A model generated the notes under the pieces. That model saw nothing but the letters and a program-made list of their open reading frames with translations, made no database searches and was not told the origin of the DNA. Source: Bigelowiella natans CCMP2755 (Eukaryota > Protista > Cercozoa). Taken from it: 36,503 nt of DNA. The DNA lies in contig ADNK01002535.1 of the NCBI GenBank assembly GCA_000320545.1, forward strand, positions 1-36,503. Reading direction: 5' to 3'. Below are positions 11,922-24,445 of this stretch, one piece after another (the first letter of the stretch is position 1; the number at the start of each line of letters is the position of its first letter). The position numbers were made by a program, and so were the translations under genes.

Positions 11922-14782
11922 TTATCCACTGCAGTTTATGCACACATCCTCCTCTTTTTCAAGGAGCGCTCGTAGCGATTGTGGTGCCAGTCTAAATTCC
12001 CCTTGTGGCTTTACAGGAGTTGAGGTTTGAACCACTTGCTTTGGTAGGCTAAGGGGCTTAAAGGATTTCTTCACGGAAGAGTCATCAACACGTGGTGATT
12101 CCCCATCAAAGCAATTTTCTCCAACTTCTTTCAGAGGAGTGTTTTCTTTCTCATCAACTTGCTGCAGCATTGAGGTGTCTACAGTAAATTTGATAGCATC
12201 TGCAGCAGCTTTGGTGCGGAGGTAGTACATTCCGGTTTTTAATCCCTTTTTCCAGCCGTAAAAGTGCATGGACGTTAGCTTGCCAAAGTTGACGTTCGTC
12301 ATATGGACGTTGAAGCTCTGGCTCTGATCAATGTATGCCCCACGATCAGCTGCCAAATCGACCAAGCGCTTTTGGCTGATTTCCCACACGGTCTTGTAGA
12401 GAGATCGGATGCTCTCTGGGATCTCCTTGATGTTTTGGATAGAACCGTTTGCAGCGATAAGTTGGTTCTTGATCTTTGCAGTCCAGAGATTTCGCTTGAT
12501 AAGGTCCTTGAGGAGCCATGGGTTAACGACTACGAATTCTCCAGCAAGAGTTCGACGAATGTAGATGTTGGAGGTGTAAGGCTCGAAGCACTCATTGTTT
12601 CCTAGAATCTGGGAAGTGGAAGCTGTTGGCATAGGAGCAAGCAATAGGGAGTTGCGTACTCCATGCTTCTTAATATCTTCTCTCAGGGAAGCCCAGTCGT
12701 ACCTTGAAGTGGGTTTCACTCCCCACATGTCGAACTGGAACTCTCCCTTCGATAGTGGGGAGCCTTCGTATGTCTTGTAAGGTCCTTCCTCCTTTGCTAG
12801 CTCGCAAGACTCTACGAGCGCACCGTAGTAGATAGCTTCAAAGATTTGAATATTAAGCTTCTTTGCAGCATCGGAGTCGAAAGGCATACGCATTTTGATG
12901 AAAGCATCTGCAAGACCTTGTACACCGATTCCAATAGGGCGGTGGCGGAAGTTTGATTTTTTGGCCTCTTCGATAGGATAGTAGTTGAGGTCAATAACCT
13001 TGTTAAGGTTCCTGCATACCACGCGGGAAATCTGTACAAGTTTCTCGAAATCGAATTCTCGTGTCTCTTCGTTAGCAAACTTAGGGAGAGCGATGGAAGC
13101 AAGGTTGCAAACTGCACACTCGTCTTTGTCGGTGTATTCAATGATCTCGGTGCAGAGATTACTCGATTTGATGGTGCCAAGGTTCTTTTGGTTAGATTTA
13201 CTGTTGCAAGCATCCTTGTATACCATGTATGGAGTTCCGGTTTCGATCTGACTTTCAAGAATAGCTTGCCACAGCTTCCTCGCCTTAATCACAGACTTGT
13301 ATTGACCTTTCTTCTCGTATCCGGTGTATAGCTCTTCAAACTTCTCCCCATAGCAATCGGAGAGTCCGGGGCATTCATTGGGACACATCAAGGACCAGTC
13401 GCCGTTGCTCTCAACGCGCTTCATGAAGAGGTCGTTCACCCAGAGGGCGTAGAAGAGATCACGGGCCCGAATCTCTTCAGCACCATGGTTCTTGCGTAGA
13501 TCGAGGAATGCGAAGATATCTGCGTGCCAAGGCTCGAGATACATTGCGAAAGATCCCTTTCTCTTTCCGCCTCCTTGATCGACGTAGCGAGCGGTGTTGT
13601 TGAACACGCGAATCATTGGCACAAGACCGTTGGATTGACCTCCAGTTCCACGAATGTAGCTTCCGGTGGCGCGGATGTTGTGCACAGCGAGACCAATGCC
13701 ACCAGCCCATTTAGAGATCATAGCACAGTTTTTGAGAGTATCGTAGATTCCTTCGATGCTGTCTGATTTCATAGTGAGCAGAAAGCACGAAGACATCTGA
13801 GGTCTTGGAGTTCCAGCGTTAAAGAGGGTTGGACTTGCATGGGTGAACCATTTCTGAGACATGAGGTTGTATGTCTCCACGGCGGATTTGACATCATCCA
13901 TATGGATACCTGCATATTGGGGAGATATTAGATTATATTTGTGGTGTATCTTTGGAAGACAAGAACACGAAGTGAATATTACCGATAGATACACGCATAA
14001 GCATATGTTGAGGACGTTCAACAATTTTCCCCTTGAGCTTGAGCAGGTAAGATTTCTCAAGGGTCTTAAAACCGAAGTAGTCGTAGCTGAAGTCACGATC
14101 GTAGACAATAGCTGACTCAAAGAGTTCAGTGTTATCCTGTACGATTTTCCATACTTCGTCGGAAATTAATGGTGCAGGCTTTCCAGTCTTAGGATGGATG
14201 TAGTCCCGAAGAGACTTCATCGTGTCGCTGGCAATCATTGAATGGGTGAGATAATTATCGTGACGATCAAGGAGAATGGCACGTACATGAAAGATTTGCT
14301 TGTCTGCTTGTGCAGGTTCGAAACAGAGATTCTTGCAGCGAGTAGGCCGTAATCAGGATGCTGTAAGAGTATAATATAAGAAAAATAGTAGATATTGACC
14401 AGAGGGTAAGTTATGTTACCCTGGTAATCATGTGAGCAGCAGTCTGAGCTGCAAGTTCATCGAGCTCTGTGGTGGTGACGCCCTTGTAAACTCCTTGACA
14501 CACCTGAGAATATCAGAGAAAATAGAACATTTTAATTATCGTGCAAGGCTTGTGGCATGGTTGGATTACACTTATTGCAGAACATACAAGATGGCACGGC
14601 TGATCATTTTCATTTAGCTGGGAAAAGTTTCAAGAGAAATGGTAAATGATTTTTCCAACCTTTTGTGAAACTTCGACAGGGTCCACAAGCTTGTGGAATC
14701 CATAGCAGAGCTTCTTAATTCTCGACGTAATCTTGTCGAAGTGAACAGGTTGCTTGCGGCCATCTCTCTTGATAACGAACAT
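11922..14782 (-). CDS. RRM1: Ribonucleoside-diphosphate reductase large subunit (class Ia R1), 837 aa after splicing
   Basis: Exons 14782-14660, 14503-14420, 14360-14287, 14227-13983 and 13909-11922 join in frame (2514 nt). ATP-cone start [28 protein letters not shown]; motifs [62 protein letters not shown] and C-terminal CINCSG (CxxC). The N-terminus of track ORF 11922-14120 is intron/out-of-frame read-through. Confidence 0.97.
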
Positions 14783-16627
14783 AGCGACGAATGATGTGAT
14801 GGGTTAGGGGGACGGGAGGATTGTAAGAGCGCGCAGGTCTTTGGGTTATGTCCTTTTGGTGCAGGGAGAATCGAGAAGAGGTTTTTAATTTTTCCTATAA
14901 ATGCAGCCCTAATTTAAAATAAAGGAAGTCCATTTACAAGTCGCACATATTATCACACGGCGATACACATTTGAAACAGAGGAGCTCGCGGGTAAGGGTT
15001 TGGTTTGTCCCAAGAAGGATGAATTCCGTAATAAAACATCAGTTTTGTGATAGGACTGATGTCGTACAAAATAAATGACAAACTAATTGCAGACGACAAA
15101 TTACAAAATCAAACTTGATTCTTTTGATTGAGATACCAAACTCATTCCCACCAAAATATTGTATCAGATTGATTATTGCCCTATCTTCCTATCAGGAAAG
15201 CCTAATTAGACCAATAAACCCTATTTCGCCGAATATTTTAGATAAATGTGTTATACTCTTCTACATCATGACCGATGTAAAAATAAATTGAAACTGAGCT
15301 ACAAAGAGCGAGAAAATAATAGGTTTAAATAATTGAATTAAAGGTGCATTTGGAGCGCTCCACTATATAAAAAATCGTAAGTACAGATTATAGGCGAAAA
15401 TTGTAATGATACTTGTCAATAATGTGCCTTTAACATAAAAACGGGCAATGGCTAAAGTCTGTTCTACGGCAATAATGTTACAATATTTCATTGTTAAACC
15501 TAAGTCAAAATGCTAATCAAATTTGAATTAAGCATAGTATGTCATACGTAGGCCTTTGAACGATTTATTTTTATTTATTGGTGTATATTTTCAATCTTTC
15601 CCCGACAATAATGAAAAAATATAAATCTTAACTGAAGGTTTTCCCGGTGAAGTCGCAAATCCGAATTTCAACCCAAAAAAGACAGCATTTTTTGCTGGGA
15701 ATCCTCCCTATTTTTTTACATTTGTCACCTTTTATACCTACATATTGCACCTATTTGCCTCTGCACATCGGAGACGTCTTTCATCTCCTAGGAAGCAGAA
15801 TGTCCTGGGTTTGTGCTAAATAAACGAGATATACCCCAGTCGCATAGGAACTGTTCTCCAGTCAGCGTAAGCGAGCTCGTTAGAAGTTGAGAAGATGATA
15901 AGAACGTCATGTGTTTCATAAATCCGTCAAATCACACTTGATATATTTCTCATAAAACCCCACTCAAACATTTAAATATCTACCTCGACCAGGTTTCACT
16001 GTTGTTTTCTTTTTTTTGCACGGAAAAGTTTCTGCTACCTGCGTCTTTTAGCTTCTAATGTGTAATAATAACAGAAATATAGTAAGATTGTTATAAGCGA
16101 CATATATTTGTAAGTACATAATGATAAATAAGGACGTGATATTGCTACGCTGGGGAGTTCCCGCAAAATCTGAACTGGAAGTAGAAGGTGCTTCTCGTTG
16201 TGGGGGGTTGGCGGAGCGTGTTGTAGCGGTGCTAGTCTGAAAGCCATGAGCCAACAGATTAGTAAGCATTGGCTACTTTGCCAGCTTTGGGATTGTATAT
16301 ATACGTGGGGTCGTTGGGGCTGCGAGACATTCTCTTGCGATGCGATCTCGCCAGTGATGCGACCTTTGTTTCCACTGCACTTGTTTAAATGAATAATTTC
16401 CGACATTTATACTGAAGTTTTTGAAAGGGTTAGAGGAATAAATAATATACCGCCGTATTTTCTGTCTCCCTATGCTCGCGTATGTGCATGTGGATGCGTC
16501 TGTTTGCTAAATGGTATGTTCATGAACACGTGAAACTGCAAACGCACGCACGCCGAACGTACATTCGTATTCCATTTAAGGTTTTTATATTTAGGATCTT
16601 ACAGAAATTTGGACTTCGGAGAAAATA
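14783..16627. promoter_or_regulatory. AT-rich divergent intergenic region holding the promoters of RRM1 (-) and the PDHX-like gene (+)
   Basis: Head-to-head start codons at 14782 and 16628; AT-rich and free of microsatellites. Individual elements not resolved. Confidence 0.45.
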
Positions 16628-16836
16628 ATGCGAGCTCTCCGTTTGTCCCGGGGATTCTTTGCGCTTCCGAAGGGGGGCGGGAACTTGGTAATCATACAAC
16701 CACCGAAGGCACATTGCTAGTCGTCCTCCTCACGAGTCATTCTCGCCTTTCAGAATGCATATGCCTCGACTCTCCTTCGTGGTGTTAGATGCTTCTCCTC
16801 GCTGGAGGATCTTTCTTCGGTAACCTCCGGATACTT

Positions 16837-16879
<43 letters not shown>

Positions 16880-16921
16880 TACACACACACGCACTAAATA
16901 AATATATAAATGTGTGTGTGA

Positions 16922-16961
<40 letters not shown>

Positions 16962-17919
16962 ATTTTCTACAACAAAAAGCAACGCGCGACTTAATATTTG
17001 ATCAAATCATCATAATTTGGATGGTCGCAACACCCATGGCAGGTTGAGATTCAGCTCCCCGCGCTGTCCCCAACAATGGAGGTGGGAGTCATTAACAGCT
17101 GGAAGAAGAAGGTCGGCGAGAAGATCGAGGCTGGAGACGTGATTGCTGACATCCAAACTGACAAGGTAAAGTAGAGATAAAGAACCTTCCACCTCTCTTG
17201 CTGCACAACATTACGCGCGCGCGCGCCCTCGGCGTGTTCTTAGGTTTTTTAAACACCCACCCCCCTCTTCTTTTCCTAGGCCGTCGTGGATTTTGAATGT
17301 CAGGATGAGGGTTTCTTAGCTGCGATCTTAGTACCTGAAGGCGAGGTCAGATACCGGCAACACACATATGCTAGAGCAAAAGCGAAGACGCGAAGGATAT
17401 TGAGAGGACAGGGGGGGGGGGGCGGGACAGCATGCAAATCGAGTTTGAGGAAGGGTGCCACTCGAAGCTTGCATATCTCTAATGAAGCCATTTTAACAAA
17501 TCCGTACAATTATAAAGGAACATCCGGTGGGAACTTTGGTGGCCATTGTTGTAGAAGAAGAGGTATATTTTCCCGCACAGATTTTGAAATAATCGAGCCG
17601 CCCGAGTATACCCCCCCCCGCCCCCTCCCTTTCTTTTTCTTCGCTTTCACGTTTCTATTCAATGTAAAACGAGGAGGAGGAGGCGGAGGAGGAGGAGGAC
17701 AAGGAGAGAGCTATAGCTACACTCGCATTTGATTCTTGTGCCGCTAAAAATATTTATATACAAAAACCTTACATCTGCTCGCTATTATTGAAACCGTCAC
17801 CCCGCCTCCATCCTTTACAGGAGGACCTGCAAAAGGCCATCGATCTCGCAAAAGCCCTTCCAGCCTCAGGTGCCGCTGGACGCAATCAAAAAAATAAAAA
17901 ATTGTTTCGACATACGAAT

Positions 17920-17969
<50 letters not shown>

Positions 17970-18608
17970 CATATATAGCAGTGAAGAAGTAGGTAGTAGA
18001 GGCAGCAGCAGCTACAAGTTCCAAAGAAATCCCTTCAACAACTTCGATGGCCTGTGGCGTTTTCTCGTAGATTTTAAAGCGAAAATTTAGTGGCCGTTGG
18101 GGGGGGGGGGGGGGGAGGGGTTACGCACTGACGGTCATATTATCATTTCTAACGGCGACATCATCATTGCGGCTGCTCAGGTGGGGCTGCTGCCCCTCCC
18201 CCAGCATCTTCAGTAGCCGACACGACACCCAGTGCTCCGAGCGGGGGGGAGGGGGCATCTTCCTACGCTGTGAAGCCTCTTCTTCCTTCTGTAGCTATAT
18301 TGCTCGAAAGGTGTTTTATGTGCGTGGTGGTGGTGATAGTGGTGGTGGTGGCTTTCCCCTTCCCCTCTCCCCCTTTTCATTGTATTTGTATCGAAGATCA
18401 TCGCCACCCCGGTGAGTTGAGTGCCGCCTCTATTGTGATAACCTCGTATAGACACCATATTGACCCGTCGAGCGTGAAGCCAACCGGCCCCAAGGGGAAC
18501 ATCTTGAAGGTGGTTCCACGAAGTATATGGCAGTCATACACGTGTTAGAGTATGGATTGACACACAGTTTGTGTGTATGTGCCTGTGCGTGTGTGTGTAT
18601 GTGTGTGT

Positions 18609-18647
<39 letters not shown>

Positions 18648-18967
18648 CGATTGCACCTCTTTACAAAGAACTCCTCCCCCCCTGCTCACTCACTCACTGC
18701 CTATCAACCATCATCATCATCATCATCTCCTTCTACATGACTGATACAGGGCGATGTCCTCTCTGCGCTCTCCAGTGGAGATTTCCGCGAGGATGCTGCC
18801 GTTGCGAATGCTGAGGCTCCTACAGCACAAGCAGCGACTGTGACAGAAACCAAGGAAATGATAACAGAGGCCAAGATGGGGGGGGGGGCTGTGCGTGCAG
18901 GTGGCAGGGGCTATACCGATATCCCCCTCACTAATATGAGGAAGGTATATATTGACATATGCATAAC

Positions 18968-19006
<39 letters not shown>

Positions 19007-20207
19007 ATATATACTATACATTTATATATTTATTGATATTATATTATCGAGCACTTTGGTCGTGATATATCTCCCATTGACTCCGCAGGTCATTGCCAGC
19101 CGTCTTACTCAGTCGAAGAAAGAGGTAAATGCGAAGTCTTGTTGTGATAGAATAGCTCTCTCCCCGCCCCCCGCTCCCTTGGTGGAAATACAGCATCGCA
19201 CTCGTCGTATTATGATTCGCCGTGAGATTGGTAATCCGATAATGGTGATAAATAATGTCGTGATCGTTGAAGGTGCCCCATGCCTACGCTGCTGTTCGGT
19301 GCTCGCTAGACTCTATTCTCGCACTGAGAAAGGTAAAGAAGGACGGGGGCGGGGGGGGGGGGAGGAGGGATTAGGAGGAGGAGGAGGAGGAGGAGGAGGA
19401 AGAAGAGTAAGGGCCGTAGATTGTGTCAGATCGACGGATTTACGACAGAGGTGGTAATGATAACGATGATGATGATGGTGATGATGATGATGGTGCTCAG
19501 ATGATGAAGGCGCAGGATAAGAAGCCTCCCTCTCTCAACGACTTCGTCATCAAAGCTTCAGCTTTAGGTAGTGCACGAGCTACCAATGCTAAAGATGCTG
19601 CCTCTCCCACTGCAACCAACTCATCATCATTGTCATTCACATCCACATCGTCATCATCATCATCATCATCATCATCATCACATCATCATCATCATCGTCG
19701 TCATCACCGCCACCGCAAAAACACTTTCTTCCTTCCCAACGCTGCGATCTTGTACACTTAGCACTGAAGGATGTTCCCGAAGCTAATATCACATGGGATG
19801 AGAAGGTACCGCCTTCAGCCCTCCCCCCCCCCCCCACCCGCGTCATTTTCACACAAGCAATATTCCGTGTCGCGGGCGAGTTGCGAGCGGTGCCTTCGAT
19901 CGTGCAGACAGTGTATGTGTTACGTTCAAATGCACGCGCCGTCCTCGTTTTGGTGCTATTTATCGAGTTTGAAGCCTATCTGAGGCGTCCGGGTTGCCAT
20001 TTGATGACGTATCGTCATGCAATCTCTTTCATCTATTCTCTCGGGGTGGTGGGGGGCCGTTTCCCCCCCCCCCCCCCCCCCCCCCCCTTCCGCCGCGTAT
20101 TGCTTAGTCGCAAAGAGGAAACGTCCAGGATGCCGTTGATATCTCGGTTAGTTGTGACCGAAGAACGAAGAGAGTGGACCGAGCATATCTTTGCTTATTT
20201 GTCAAAC

Positions 20208-20238
<31 letters not shown>

Positions 20239-20901
20239 TGATATTGATATATTTATATACTTGTAGATCGCTGTGGCGACTCCGGACGGCCTGATAACCC
20301 CCATTATCAAGGTACTAGGGCAGCAAACAGCTATAGCGCAACTGCTCTATAAACGCCGCCACCGCTGCGCTCATGCGGCTTCATGCCGACGATGATTTCA
20401 ATCCAATATGTGTGCATACATGTACGTGATGCTGCGAACTACCCCCCGCATACATATGCATATGTGCTGTGTACTCCGACATGACACTGCGGTGCCTATT
20501 CACGCAGGATGCCAACCAGAAACGCCTCGCTGAGATCTCGGTACTACTACTACTACTACTACTACTACAACTACTACTACTACTACAGAATGCACACACA
20601 CGCACGCGCATATTGCACGTGCGGAAGGAGCACGGGGCGGGGGGGGGGGGGGGGTAACTTTTATATCAAGAGAGTGAAAGCAGCCAAGGCCCGATCATCG
20701 ACTCATTGTATTTGAAAAATAGAGCTGCTGCATGCAATGACGTGCCCCTGTCGGTGACAATCGATAACAATCACAGAGCACGATGAAGGACCTCGCCACT
20801 CGAGCAAGAGAGAAGGCCCTTCTACCCGAGGAATTTCAGGTATTATTGCTCTGTCACTGACTCGAGGAGCGAGCGAGCGCTCGTTTGCCGGAAAAATAGA
20901 A

Positions 20902-20939
<38 letters not shown>

Positions 20940-21177
20940 ATTTCCATAAGCAATCCGCGCGCACGCGTTTTGTTAGGCGTGTTCCTGCATTTGTGTGTTG
21001 ATGTGTTTTTGTCCGGTTCTTCTTCTTCTTCTTCTTCTTCTTCTTCTTCTTTCTTCTCTTGTTCTCCTGTATTATTTTTCTTAATATCTCGGTTTTTGCT
21101 TCTTCCTTTTGTGCTGTCTTCAGGGGGGAACCTTTACCATCTCAAATCTCGGTAAGAGCCGCGTGTTTGTCTGTATA

Positions 21178-21252
<75 letters not shown>

Positions 21253-22079
21253 TATCTCTTTGGTATTAAGGTTGTGATATTTTGCATAAATCGCATATAT
21301 GAAGGAATGTTTGGAATCGACCATTTCTCAGCGGTCATCAACCCACCCCAGGTCTAAATCTCCCCCTTCAGTGTATAGTCCGTCCGCGTGGTTTCATTTT
21401 TTTTTATTACTTTTTTCCCCTCCCCCTCCCCTCCCCCCATTCCTCAACTGATGCCGAACCCGATCTCCGGCGATTGAATGATATCAACCCCGAAAAGGCC
21501 TGCATCTTGGCTGTCGGTGGAAGCGCAGACGTAATGGTGGAGAAGAAATCATACGCTCTCGACGAATACGCGGAGCCAGGTACTGTTTGTGCTAAAATGC
21601 AGTTCTTCGTACGCAGTGAGCGCTAAAGGTCCCCCGGATGTGCATCTGGGTTCGGGCCGTGCTGCTGTGAAGGGGGGGGGATAAAGGAACAGTGCGAGAT
21701 TTCGCTTGTTCAAAGCGCCTTGAATCTGTCATTGACAGCTTCTATGAAACGTGATCTTGTAGTTGTCGGAGGAGAGAGAGAGCGAGTATCTTATGGTGTG
21801 TTTTCCGATTAACATCTGGCCGATGTATTCTTCAAATACTCCTTTCCTAGACTGTTCCGTCGCTGTAGTGTACAGACGGACACACACACACACACAAAAC
21901 ACACACCCGCGCGCGCGCGCATACATGTCCTCATGGTTATATCATCGTCCGTCGTCAGGCGATTTGGTAAAATCATCTACAATGACTGTGACGCTGTCGT
22001 CGGATGAGCGCTCCGTGGACCAAGCAACGTGCGGCAGATTCCTCGATGCATTCAGGTCGCCGTACATGTTCATTAATAT

Positions 22080-22143
<64 letters not shown>

Positions 22144-22343
22144 TTAATGTAAAGTTGTGGGAGCTAGATACAACGGAGTAGGGGCATTGATGCAGAACTT
22201 GCGCGCGCTGCGCGTACGCGTGCTTGTGCGAGAACAAGAAACTGTATTTTCCCGTGTATTTATTCGGACTCTGTTGTAACATTATAATGCAATATTACTA
22301 TCATGGCAGGGCGTACATGGAGGACCCGATCACAATGCTGTGA
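16628..22343 (+). CDS. PDHX: Mitochondrial pyruvate dehydrogenase complex E3-binding protein (protein X)-like, a catalytically degenerate E2 homologue; about 22 exons, roughly 490 aa
   Basis: Arg/Leu/Ser-rich presequence MRALRLSRGFFAL...RGVRCFSS; a single lipoyl domain LPALSPTMEVG...IQTDK|AVVDFECQDEGFLAAIL (exon 17043-17165); Ala/Pro linker; peripheral-subunit-binding domain PLLPSVAILLERHHIDPSSVKPTGPKGNILK|GDVL; core domain YTDIPLTNMRK|VIASRLTQSKKE|VPHAY...SLNDFVIKA...IAVATPDGLITPIIK...FQ|[32 protein letters not shown]...VTLSSDERSVD; stop TGA at 22341-22343. Confidence 0.88.
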
Positions 22344-22699
22344 ATGTAGTAACAAGCACGTCGGAGGTTGAAGGAAACACCAGCAATCGCAGCATCACTC
22401 ACTAACCGTTAGATTTCATGTAATATCGACGGTGGAGGCGAGCAGACTCGATTTAATGAGGTGCCGCATGTATGCACAACACATTGTTTGTCGAATGAAC
22501 ACGATATGTGGTTAAGGTCTTGCATTGGATCATTATTACTGGCCTGTGTATTGCATTCAATCGTTATCACTGTTTTGTGTACGTGTCTAGAGGCGTGTAC
22601 GCACAATGATGATAGACATTTTAATACATGTGTATGATATTACTGTGTCTATTATAATGATATTATTGTTCTATCGTCATAGCATCCATCAACAAAAAG

Positions 22700-23560
22700 T
22701 TCATCAATTTGTAGGTTGCATTCGATGTTGTGACGATGCATGATGATCGATAATGAAAGATACCGCCAATGCGCGCGCATGACAACTTAACAGCAATAAG
22801 CGCAGCATCACCCAAGGCGAACATCTGCTATGTACGTGTGCTGTGATGCTAGCTATGTGCTACTAGCTAGCGCTAGCTAGCATATGCTTGCATGTAGCAT
22901 GGCTACTAGATTATGGAATAGATGCACCGACAAAGATTGATCGACGCACATGACGACATGGCGCGGCCGCGGTGTGCGTACATGTGTAGTACGCAGTGTT
23001 AGACGAATGCATAGTACGCTACGTACGACGACGCGCAAACATGTACGCATGTAGCACCGCCAGCATGCGCATGGCACTGTCAATCTAGCGCTAGCAGCAG
23101 AGCTAGCTAGCTATGTAGCTAGCTAGCACGTGCGAAGCAATGCATGATTGACAGTGCTAGAGTGTCACAGATATCGATGGCATCGATCTATCAGCTACGC
23201 TGCACACAATGTATGTGCGCAGTTATAGCACAACAACCTACGTTTCAATGCTGCACAACAATAATCTAGCAATTATCACATGATGCACATGCACATGTCT
23301 AATCTAATCTAGGTCGATGTGCCTGACTTGCTTGTGATGGCACTGCAAGAATACACACACAAATGAAAGCACGCCTGCAAAAGTGTGCCTAGCCGCAGCG
23401 CTCGTGCAACTTAGCTCTTGAGTTTGTAGCACAATGAGCATGCAACGGTTAGATGAGAGACGGAGATAGTGATCATTGTCGTACCGTCTTGACATTGACG
23501 AGACAATCATCACTTTCGAAGGCAGCAATTCACGCCACACAGTTTCTACCTAGACCAACA
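22700..23560. repeat. Degenerate GCTAGC/CATG/TGCA-rich intergenic island between convergent genes
   Basis: Runs such as gctagctagcgctagctagcatatgc; no coherent ORF. Confidence 0.45.
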
Positions 23561-23752
23561 ACTTGGCCTTCGGCAAAGGACACTGTGCTTCATGGCGTGA
23601 TGCTGGAATTTAATGATGTGGTTATGGTACAATTATTTACAGGACACAATATTCATTTATTTATTTCGACTAAGTAATTCTATACAGTACTATTGAGAAA
23701 CTAAATCAATAGACTGGGTCATTTTACAGGAATTGATCACGGATAGGGCCAG

Positions 23753-24445
23753 TTATAATATCGGGCAAAGAAACTTAAGCTTCATCCTTCCACCACGACG
23801 GCTTTTCTTCAATTTTGGTTCCTCTGCTTCTATTTTTCTCGACTTTTTAATATAGCGAACTGCTTGCTGGAACGGTGCCGTGCAATTTGTGTTTTCTTTT
23901 GCCGATGTCTCAAAAAACGGTATGTTAAATTCCTTCGCCAGGGCACGGCCTTCCTCAGTAGTCACCTTTCGCTCCGAATCTGATATGTCCGACTTGTTGG
24001 CGATTAGCACCATTGGTATATCATCGCTATCTTTCGTTCGAACAATCTGCTCTCGAAGAAGTGACACGTTGTCAAACGACATCTTGTCATCAATAGCGTA
24101 GACGAGCATAAACGCTTCAGCATTCCGGATCCACGAATCCGCCAGAGAGTGGAACTCCTCCTGCCCTGCAGTGTCCAGAATGTCCAGGAGAGTAGGTTCA
24201 CCATCCACAATGGTCGAAGTGCGATAGCTATCCTCAATTGTAGGGTCATAATCGGCAACAAACTGGTCGTTTGTGACCTGATCAAACAATCAGAGTTAGA
24301 AGACTTGCTCCTCGTCATGCTTAATGTTCACATTAAGTGGATGCATCGTTACCATGCGGATTGTCAACGCGGACTTTCCGACCGCTCCTGAGCCCATCAC
24401 AGTGAGCTTGTATGAAAGATCCTTCTTCTTGGTATCGGTGGACAT
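23753..24445 (-). CDS. RAS: Ras-subfamily small GTPase, 205 aa, 2 exons
   Basis: Exon 1 24445-24353 (MSTDTKKKDLSYKLTVMGSGAVGKSALTIRM), 75-nt GT-AG intron, exon 2 24277-23753. G1 GSGAVGKS, effector loop YDPTIEDSY, G3 DTAGQEE, G4 NKSD, G5 ETSAK, polybasic tail and CaaX CPIL. Confidence 0.95.

Noticed and set aside
11922-14782. Viral (giant-virus) origin of the ribonucleotide reductase
   Set aside because: It has spliceosomal introns, a eukaryote-type ATP cone and tail, and no neighbouring viral genes.
14980-15400. E2F-like sites upstream of RRM1 (TTACCCGC, TTTCGCC)
   Set aside because: Short imperfect matches expected by chance.
15740-16406. Small spliced minus-strand gene in the RRM1-PDHX spacer
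   Set aside because: Some exon-like blocks exist, but all frames are stopped near 15920-15940, so no consistent model could be built.
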